Shown: piece by piece, positions 1-7,058 of the stretch
Numbering within the stretch: position 1 is the stretch's first letter
How the letters are laid out: every line of letters begins with the position of its first letter
Assembly: GCA_050118535.1 (NCBI GenBank)
Contig: JASFKR010000006.1
Location: 689-64,688 of the forward strand
Direction: 5' to 3'
DNA from: Myxococcales bacterium
Lineage (GTDB): Bacteria > Myxococcota_A > Polyangia > Polyangiales > JAFGIB01
Length of the DNA: 64,000 nt
The notes under the pieces: model-generated
The model's input: only the letters and a program-made list of their open reading frames with translations
The model's database searches: none
What the model was told of the DNA's origin: nothing
Made by a program: the position numbers and the translations under genes

Positions 1-120
1 CGCGAGCTGGCGCTGGCCGCCTACGACGACTTCGAGCTGCTCTCCACGCGGGAGCTGGGCGAGTGGATGTCGATCGTGCTGCGGCGCCCGCCGCTGGCGG
101 GTGAGGTGCCCGGTGGCTGA
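1..120 (+). CDS. prmA: 3' end of probable ribosomal protein L11 methyltransferase (partial)
   Basis: Frame 1 reads ...FELLSTRELGEWMSIVLRR...TGA(118-120), resembling the PrmA C-terminal GEWxxxV strand; lies directly upstream of rsmE, the usual prmA-rsmE order. Confidence 0.55.
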   Translation, partial: RELALAAYDDFELLSTRELGEWMSIVLRRPPLAGEVPGG

Positions 121-847
121 TGGGGCGCGGCCCCGACGCCTGTATTGCGCCGAGCTGCCGGCCGCCGGCGGATCGCTGACCCTGGGGCCGACCGAGGCCC
201 GCCACGCGAAGGTGCTGCGGCTGTCGGCGGGCGACCCCCTGGAGCTCTTCGACGCCCGCGGCGGCGTGGCCGAGGCGCACGTGTCGCGCGTGGCGCGCGG
301 CGGGCTTTGCTGCGAGGCCGGCCCGCGTCGGGCGATCGACGCGCCGGCGCGGCGCCTGCAGCTGGTGGTGGGCCTGCCCAAGGGCGGCAAGCTGGACGTG
401 ATGGTGAGGATGCTCACGGAGCTGGGCGTGAGCGGCATCCACCTGGCCCAGTGCGCTCGCAGCGTGCCGCGCCCCGCCGACCACGCCGCGCGCCTTCAGC
501 GCCTGCAGCGCGTGGCGATCGAGGCCTGCGGACAGTCGGGCCAGGCGCACGCACCGCTGCTGCACGCCCTTTCACCGCTGGGTGAGGTGGCCGCGCGGGC
601 GCCCCAGGAAGCGGGCAAGCTGGTGTTCTGGGAGCAGGGCGGAGCGCCCCTGCCCGCGGACGCGTCGGGGCCGGCCGAGGCGTGGGCGGTGACCGGGCCC
701 GAGGGCGGGCTCGACGCGGCCGAGGTGGCGGAGCTGCGGGGGCTGGGTTACACCGCGGTCGGCCTCGGCCCGGCCATTCTGCGCGCCGAAACCGCCGCGG
801 TGGTCGCCGCCGCGTTGTTGCTCGACCGCCTCGGGCGGCTTCGCTGA
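113..847 (+). CDS. rsmE: 16S rRNA (uracil1498-N3)-methyltransferase
   Basis: HxxxVLRL, TELGV, EACGQSG, GPEGG and LGPAILRAETA SPOUT motifs; GTG at 113 overlaps the upstream stop. Confidence 0.93.
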   Translation: MADGARPRRLYCAELPAAGGSLTLGPTEARHAKVLRLSAGDPLELFDARGGVAEAHVSRVARGGLCCEAGPRRAIDAPARRLQLVVGLPKGGKLDVMVRMLTELGVSGIHLAQCARSVPRPADHAARLQRLQRVAIEACGQSGQAHAPLLHALSPLGEVAARAPQEAGKLVFWEQGGAPLPADASGPAEAWAVTGPEGGLDAAEVAELRGLGYTAVGLGPAILRAETAAVVAAALLLDRLGRLR

Positions 848-921
848 GGCACGCCCCGCGGCGGTCCCTGCAAGGACGCCGGTGGATCGGGTACCCTGGA
901 AACCCGGACCCCGCACGATCG

Positions 922-3900
922 ATGAGCATTCTGACGTCCCTGCTGGCCCGCGACGCGGTCGTTTCCGTGGACGCGATCGAAGAGGCGCTGCAGCGGCAGG
1001 TGCTGGAGGGCGGGGAGATCGATTCGGCGCTGCTCGAGATCGACGCCCTGCCCGAGAACCTGCTCTGCGCCTATCGGGCCGCGGCCTACGACCTGCCGCC
1101 GGTCACACGGGAGCAGCTCACCGACGTTCCGGCCGGGGTGCTGCAGCGGCTGCCCGCCGAGCAGGCGCGCGCACTGTGGGTCGTCCCCATCGCCAGCGAC
1201 GGCGAGCGCCTGACGGTGGCGGCTCCGGAGCCGCCGGGCGAGGCGCGCCTGCAGCGGCTGCGCGAGGCGGCGGGCATGGACGTGGAGGTGCGCATCGGGC
1301 TCGAGGCGCGCATCGCCGCGGCACTCGCCGCCCACTACGGCATGGAGCTGCCCAGCCGTTTGCGGCGCCTGGTGGACGCCCTGCAGCAACGCGAGGCCGG
1401 CGAGACCCGCGAGGTGCAGCCGCCCTCGTCGCCGGCGCCGGCGCCGGCGCGCAACAGCCCGCCCTCCGGGGAGACCGCGCTCCGGTCGGCGCCGCCGCCA
1501 CCCGATCGTGCGCCGTCTGCGCGCCAGCCCGCGCCACCGGCGGACCTCAGCGATCCGAAGACGCCCGCCGCAGGCGCCGCGGCGCCGGCGGTGCGGGTGA
1601 TGAAGGTGGTGTCGCTCGGACCCGCGCCGCCCACCGCCACGCCGGCTCCCCGGCCCGCGTCCGGTGGCGCCCGCGCCGACGTCCCGAAGGACGACGACAC
1701 CAGCCCGCAGCGGCCGTCGAAGCTGCCGCCGCCCATCCGTGGCGGGGCCTCGCGCGTGCCACGCCAGCGCATGAGCCACGTGCCCAAGGGGCCCATGACC
1801 CCCGAGCTGGCGGAGCGCCTGCTCGAGGAGGCGACCGACCGCGACGAGGTGCTGGACGTGGTGTTCGCCTTCGCGCGCCAGTATTTCGATTGCACCGTGC
1901 TCTTCGCCGTCCGCGAGGGCCACCTGCTGGGCCTGGAGGCCTCCGGCGCGCGCACGGTCGACGACCCGCGCGTGCTCGACATCAGCTTCGGCGGCGAGGG
2001 CTCGATCCACGATGCCGTCTTCGCCAAGCGGCACCTGGTGCGCGACCTCTGGAAGGCGCCGCTCGATCGCCCCCTGCCCACGGCGCTCGGGCGACGGCAG
2101 GCGCAGCCGGGCGCGCTGCTGGCCATCGCCGTGCGGCGCCGCGTGGTGGCGTTGCTCTACGGCGATCGCGAAGGGGAGCGCTTCGAGATCGAGGAGCTCG
2201 CAGAGCTCGTGGAAATGCTGCCGCGCGTGACGCGCGCCTTCGAGCGCATCATCCAGGAGCGCAAGGTCTTCGCCATGCAAGCGCAGCGCGGCGGCTCACC
2301 GCCGCCCCCGGCGGTCGACGATTCGGGCGAGTCCGCCGGCGCGCGTGCGGCGGCGGAGCCGGCCGGTCCAGGTCCCGGAGCGGCCCTGGGCGAGCACGGT
2401 CGGCGTCGCGAGGTGAGCCTCTCACGGGTCGACCACCCGTTCCGGCGGTCGCAGGTGGGCGCCCGTCTGGCGCAGGCGGCGCGCTCGTCGCTTGGGCTGC
2501 GCGACGGGGGGCTCGGGGCGCAGCCGCCGACCCACATGGGAATTGGGGGGCCACCGCAGCAGCCCGGCGACGACCTGGTGTCGCAACCGACGGTGCAGCT
2601 GGACGCGGTGCGTGTGGGGGACGCCGAGTCGGGCGCGGCCGACTCCCGCCCGCGCAGGGCCGACGGCAGCTACAGCTACCGGCCGGGCGTCCCGCGCGGC
2701 GACCGGGAGACCACGCGCCCGGCGCGGCGCTCCAGCCGTTCGCCGCCGCCCGCCGCCGCGGCAGAGCCCGAGCCCGAGCACGATCCGTCCGGGGCCCCCG
2801 GCCCCGGAACGCAGTCCGCGTCGGCCGATGGGCCCGTCGTCGAGCCGCCGGCCGACACCCGTCCGCCGCCGCGCACCCTCTCGCAGCCGCCGCCGGGAGC
2901 GGGCAGCTATTCCGTGCGCACGGCCGGCGCAGAGGTCGTGGGCTCGCCGGCCGCGCGCCCGTCGCAGCCGCCGGCGTCCGTGCCACCCGCGCCCGCCGTG
3001 CCATCGGCGAGCCCGGGCCGGCCGACCCCGCGGTCGCGTGACGACGACGACCCGGGCAAGACCGCCCGCGGCCGCAGGCGGCCCGCGCGCCCGGATCCGC
3101 GCCGGGAGACCGGGGACGAGGCGGTGCGTAGCGAGCGGGTCAGCATCCCGCCGTCGGTGCGCGAGTCGTTGCACTCGCCGCCGCCCGCCGAGCCCGAGCC
3201 GCCGGAGCCCGAGGGCCTGAGCATCGACCTGGGCAGCGAGGCGCAGCGCGTGGTCACGGAGCTGGCGCGCTGTGCGCCCGACGACGAAGGGCCCTTCGTG
3301 GCGGCGCTGCTGCGGCTCGGCGACCCCGCCCTCGAGGCGCTCACGCGGCGCTTTCCCGGCGCGCTGTGGTTCGATCGGCACGCCCCCCATCACCGGCTGC
3401 CAGCCGGTCGCGACGTCAGCGCCTGCGCCCGCGCGCTGTACGCCTTCGAGGAGCGGGCCGCGCCCCACCTCGAGCGGCTGCTGCGCTCGAGCCGCGCGGA
3501 CGTGCGGCTGTACGCGCTGTTGCTGGCGGGCGATCGGGTGCTGCCCGAGCTGGCGTCGGCCATCGGCGAGCGCGTCTTCGACGACGACGGGCAGGTCCGG
3601 CTCGCGGCCTTCGAGATCCTGCCGCTGTACCGCAACGTCGACGGCTTCGGGGAGGTGCTCGAGCGCCTGCGCCGGCGGGCGGGGGCCGCGACGGAGCCGC
3701 TGCAGCATCGCCTCAGCGCGGTGGAAGCGCTGTCGGCCTTGCGCGACCCGGGCAGCGTGGAGCTGATGCTCGAGCTCAGCGGACACGACAGCCGGCAGCT
3801 GTCGCTGCCCGCCCACCGGGCCCTGGTGGCGATCACGGGACAGGACTTCGGCGACTCGGGTCGCAGGTGGCGCAGCTGGCTGCGCAAGCACGGCGGGCGC

Positions 3901-4098
3901 CACCGCGCCGAGTGGCTGATCGACGGGCTGATGCACTCCGAGGAGAGCGTGCGCGAGGTGGCCGGCCACGAGCTGCAGAAGCTCTCGCAGGTCTATTACG
4001 GTTACTCCGCGTCGGCGCCGAAGCGCGACCGCGAGCGGGCCCAGGCGCGCTACCGCAGCTGGTGGGAGACGACCGGGCGCTCCCAGTTCGTGGGCTGA
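922..4098 (+). CDS. GspE/T2SSE N-terminal (degenerate MshEN) + GAF-like + Pro-rich linker + HEAT-repeat protein (FrgA-like)
   Basis: N-terminus IEEALQRQ...LPAEQARALWVVPI...LTVA matches the T2SSE_N pattern; GAF-like VVALLYGD; C-terminal HEAT repeats with ITGQDFG..WRSW; start moved to ATG 922. Confidence 0.7.
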   Translation: MSILTSLLARDAVVSVDAIEEALQRQVLEGGEIDSALLEIDALPENLLCAYRAAAYDLPPVTREQLTDVPAGVLQRLPAEQARALWVVPIASDGERLTVAAPEPPGEARLQRLREAAGMDVEVRIGLEARIAAALAAHYGMELPSRLRRLVDALQQREAGETREVQPPSSPAPAPARNSPPSGETALRSAPPPPDRAPSARQPAPPADLSDPKTPAAGAAAPAVRVMKVVSLGPAPPTATPAPRPASGGARADVPKDDDTSPQRPSKLPPPIRGGASRVPRQRMSHVPKGPMTPELAERLLEEATDRDEVLDVVFAFARQYFDCTVLFAVREGHLLGLEASGARTVDDPRVLDISFGGEGSIHDAVFAKRHLVRDLWKAPLDRPLPTALGRRQAQPGALLAIAVRRRVVALLYGDREGERFEIEELAELVEMLPRVTRAFERIIQERKVFAMQAQRGGSPPPPAVDDSGESAGARAAAEPAGPGPGAALGEHGRRREVSLSRVDHPFRRSQVGARLAQAARSSLGLRDGGLGAQPPTHMGIGGPPQQPGDDLVSQPTVQLDAVRVGDAESGAADSRPRRADGSYSYRPGVPRGDRETTRPARRSSRSPPPAAAAEPEPEHDPSGAPGPGTQSASADGPVVEPPADTRPPPRTLSQPPPGAGSYSVRTAGAEVVGSPAARPSQPPASVPPAPAVPSASPGRPTPRSRDDDDPGKTARGRRRPARPDPRRETGDEAVRSERVSIPPSVRESLHSPPPAEPEPPEPEGLSIDLGSEAQRVVTELARCAPDDEGPFVAALLRLGDPALEALTRRFPGALWFDRHAPHHRLPAGRDVSACARALYAFEERAAPHLERLLRSSRADVRLYALLLAGDRVLPELASAIGERVFDDDGQVRLAAFEILPLYRNVDGFGEVLERLRRRAGAATEPLQHRLSAVEALSALRDPGSVELMLELSGHDSRQLSLPAHRALVAITGQDFGDSGRRWRSWLRKHGGRHRAEWLIDGLMHSEESVREVAGHELQKLSQVYYGYSASAPKRDRERAQARYRSWWETTGRSQFVG

Positions 4099-4115
4099 GC
4101 AGGAGCGTAGGCGCC

Positions 4116-4682
4116 GTGGACTTCGAGCTGCCACTGCCCGGCGCCACCATCGAGCTGATCGCCGGCCGCGCGCACTACGAGCGGGTGATGCCCGAGGTGA
4201 TGGAGGCGCGCAGGAGCGTGTGGATCGCCACGGCCAACCTCAAGGAGCTGATGGTGCACCGGCCGGGGGTGGGGCGACGGAGGCATTTCGACTCGGTGCT
4301 GTCGGTCTTCGCGCAGCTTTCGACGCGCGGGGTTGAGCTGCGGATTCTGCACGCGGGCTTCCCCTCGAAGGCCTTCCGCCGTCATTTCGATCGTCACCCG
4401 GAGCTGGTGCAGGGCGGTCTTCAGCTGCGCCTGTGCCCGCGGGTGCACTCCAAGCTGGTGATCGTGGACGGTCGCTTCGTGTACCTGGGCAGCGCCAACT
4501 GGACGGGTGCGGGGCTGGGCGCCAAGGGCGAGGGCCGGCGCAACTTCGAGCTGGGCATCGTCAGCGAGGACGAGGCGATGCTGGACGCGCTGCAGGCCTA
4601 CTACCAGTCCCTGTGGGAGGGACAGCCCTGCGCCGGCTGCAAGCTGCGCGACGAATGCGAGGCGCCCCTGGACGGGGGGTGA
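4116..4682 (+). CDS. Phospholipase D-family (single HKD, Nuc-like) protein with C-terminal CxxCx5C
   Basis: HSKLVIVD (HxKx4D), GSANWT and NFELG; GTG 4116 preceded by AGGAG. Confidence 0.85.
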   Translation: MDFELPLPGATIELIAGRAHYERVMPEVMEARRSVWIATANLKELMVHRPGVGRRRHFDSVLSVFAQLSTRGVELRILHAGFPSKAFRRHFDRHPELVQGGLQLRLCPRVHSKLVIVDGRFVYLGSANWTGAGLGAKGEGRRNFELGIVSEDEAMLDALQAYYQSLWEGQPCAGCKLRDECEAPLDGG

Positions 4683-4747
4683 GGGATCCGAGCGGGGATT
4701 CGGATTCGGCCGCGGGCTCGGACCCGGAGCGGGGCTCGGAAGGCGGC

Positions 4748-4775
4748 CAATTCCCGCCCCATGGGGCGGGAATTG
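4748..4775. repeat. Perfect 28-bp palindrome CAATTCCCGCCCCATGGGGCGGGAATTG
   Basis: Sequence equals its own reverse complement with no spacer. Confidence 0.95.
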
Positions 4776-4782
4776 CGAAAAG

Positions 4783-4806
4783 AAAACTATCAAATTTGAT
4801 ATTTTT
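4783..4806. promoter_or_regulatory. AT-rich palindrome (core TATCAAATTTGATA, 4788-4801), putative operator upstream of the MBL gene
   Basis: Perfect 14-bp dyad extended by AAAA/TTTT, in a strikingly AT-rich patch of a GC-rich window. Confidence 0.5.
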
Positions 4807-4929
4807 TTTACCGTAATCCGCCCGCCGGGCTCGCGACCGGCCCCGAGCGGCCCCCGGGCCGCTGGCCGTCCCCTCCCGCGGGATTACTTCGCCCGCACCG
4901 CCGGCTTGTCCACGGCGCCGAGCAAACAC

Positions 4930-6321
4930 ATGAAGATTTCTTTTCACGGGGCCGATCGGGCCGTCACCGGCTCCTGCCATCTCATCGAGTGCGCGGGCAC
5001 GCGGGTCCTGATCGACTGCGGCCTGTATCAGGGCAGCCATGAGCTGACCGAAGAAAACGCCGAGCCCTTCGGCTTCGAGCCGGACTCCATCGACTACCTC
5101 CTGCTCACCCATGCCCACCTCGACCACTGCGGGCGGCTTCCCCTGCTGGTCAAGCGCGGCTTTCGTGGGGAGGTGATCACGACCGCCGCCTCCGTCGAGC
5201 TCGCGCGCCTGGTGCTCCTGGACGCCGCGGGGATTCAGGAAGAGGACGCCCGCCGGCAGCAGCGCAGGGCCCTGCGCAAACACGGCGACCGCGCCGAGCA
5301 CGTCGAGCCGCTCTACACCACGAGCGATGCGCTCCACGCCATGGACGCCGTGGGTCGCCGCGCGCGCTACGACGTGCCCATCGACGTGGCCGAGGGCATC
5401 CGCGCCACCTTCATCGATGCGGGCCACATCCTGGGCGCTGCGAGCATTCTGCTCGAGCTCGAGGAACACGGGCGCTCGCACCGCGTGCTGTTTTCCGGCG
5501 ATCTGGGCTACGGCGGTCGACCCATCCTGCGCGATCCCACGCCGCCACCCGAAGTGGACACCGTCGTCATGGAGACCACCTACGGCGATCGCCTGCACAA
5601 GGCCCTGCAGCCGTCGGTCGAGGAGCTCTTCGACGTGGTGAGTACGACCACCGGCCGCGGCGGCAACGTGGTCATCCCCACCTTCGCCCTCGAGCGTGCC
5701 CAGGAACTGCTCTTCCACCTGCGCGAGGGCCGGCAGAGCGGCCGCATCCCCCATTTCGTCAAGGTCTTCCTCGACTCACCGATGGCCATCTCGGCGACGG
5801 AGATCTTCGCGCGCCACCCCGAGTGCTTCGACGCCGAGACGATGGACCTGCTGCGCGACGGCAAGGACCCCTTCGACGTGCCGGGCCTGCGGTTCACGCG
5901 CGAGACCGCGTCCTCCATGGCCATCAACCAGGTGCAGGGCGCGGTGATCATGGCGGGCTCGGGCATGTGCACCGGCGGCAGAGTACGCCATCACCTCAAG
6001 CACAACCTCTGGGGACCGGAGAACGCCATCGTCTTCGTGGGCTTCGCGGCGCGCGGCACCCTGGCGCGCCGCATCATCGACGGCGCCGACCGCGTGCACA
6101 TCTTCGGCGAGGAGATCCCGGTCAAGGCCAGCATTCACACCATCGGCGGCTTCTCCGCCCACGCCGACCAGGCGGAGCTGCTGGCCTGGCACGCCAAGAC
6201 GGGCAAGCCCAAGACCACGTTCCTGGTCCACGGAGAGAAGGACACCATGCAGGTGTTCGCCAAGAAGCTCGAGGGCACGAAGGTCGAACTGCCCACTCTG
6301 CACCAGAGCTACGAGCTGTAG
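4930..6321 (+). CDS. MBL-fold metallo-hydrolase, beta-CASP RNA-processing nuclease (YSH1/CPSF73-like)
   Basis: VTGSCH, DCG, THAHLDH, AGHILG, FSGDLG, METTYGDR, FALERAQE, GSGMCTGGR, FSAHAD and LVHGE motifs. Confidence 0.93.
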   Translation: MKISFHGADRAVTGSCHLIECAGTRVLIDCGLYQGSHELTEENAEPFGFEPDSIDYLLLTHAHLDHCGRLPLLVKRGFRGEVITTAASVELARLVLLDAAGIQEEDARRQQRRALRKHGDRAEHVEPLYTTSDALHAMDAVGRRARYDVPIDVAEGIRATFIDAGHILGAASILLELEEHGRSHRVLFSGDLGYGGRPILRDPTPPPEVDTVVMETTYGDRLHKALQPSVEELFDVVSTTTGRGGNVVIPTFALERAQELLFHLREGRQSGRIPHFVKVFLDSPMAISATEIFARHPECFDAETMDLLRDGKDPFDVPGLRFTRETASSMAINQVQGAVIMAGSGMCTGGRVRHHLKHNLWGPENAIVFVGFAARGTLARRIIDGADRVHIFGEEIPVKASIHTIGGFSAHADQAELLAWHAKTGKPKTTFLVHGEKDTMQVFAKKLEGTKVELPTLHQSYEL

Positions 6322-6361
6322 CCACCGGGGCTTCACCAGGCGCAGCGCGAGCCGATCACCC

Positions 6362-6823
6362 CTACAGGCAGTGGGCGCCGGGCGCCCACGTGCACCCGCA
6401 GGTCTCGTTGTCGCGCCAGCACGGCCGCACGCCGACGGGAAAGCACGGCTGGTTGCAGGAGCCGGCCGCGTCTCCGCTCGGCGTCGCGCAATGGCGGCAG
6501 TCCGACAGGAACCCGTCGAGGGGCGACGCGCTCGCGTAGCGGCACACGCGCATGCCCGCCGTCCCGGTGTCTGCGCACACGCACGGTTCGGTCTGGCCCA
6601 TGCTGCAGGCTCGCCCGTCGGCTTGCGCCGTGGTGTCCCCCGGGGCAGCACCCGCGCCACCGCCCGCCTCGCCGGCCGCGCCCGAGGCGCCTGGCGCGCC
6701 GGCCGCGGCGGCCCGGCTCGACTGTTGCAGCTGCCCGGGCCCGTCACCGGTGCCGTAACCCTCGGCGCGGCCCGTCAGCGTCATCAGGAGCACGACCCGT
6801 GCGAGATGGCACTGCCGGATCAT
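6362..6823 (-). CDS. Small secreted Cys-rich protein
   Basis: Hydrophobic N-terminus, Ala/Gly linker, two Cys-rich modules (CSMGQTEPCVC..GMRVC; CFPVGVRPC..CGC). Confidence 0.5.
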   Translation of the reverse strand: MIRQCHLARVVLLMTLTGRAEGYGTGDGPGQLQQSSRAAAAGAPGASGAAGEAGGGAGAAPGDTTAQADGRACSMGQTEPCVCADTGTAGMRVCRYASASPLDGFLSDCRHCATPSGDAAGSCNQPCFPVGVRPCWRDNETCGCTWAPGAHCL

Positions 6824-7058
6824 GATCCCACTCCGTGCGAACGCAGCGCCGTGCCGTCGCCGATGCGCTCGCCGTGAACACCATCATCGGCGCGCGGGTT
6901 GCCGCGCACCACCCCTCGATCAACCTACTACTCGGCCCGCACTCCCGGTATCCCGAAGCGTTGCGGGGCGCCGCCACCCGCCCGGGCCAGGCCCCAACCC
7001 GACACAGAGTCCGGATGGTTGGCCCGGACTCATCGCATGCCTTCGCGGACCATCCGGC

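Noticed and set aside
4748-4810. Palindromes as attC, dif or parS sites
   Set aside because: No RYYYAAC/GTTRRRY ends, no XerD arm (TTATGTTAAAT), no GTTCCACGTGGAAC or GTTTCACGTGAAAC match
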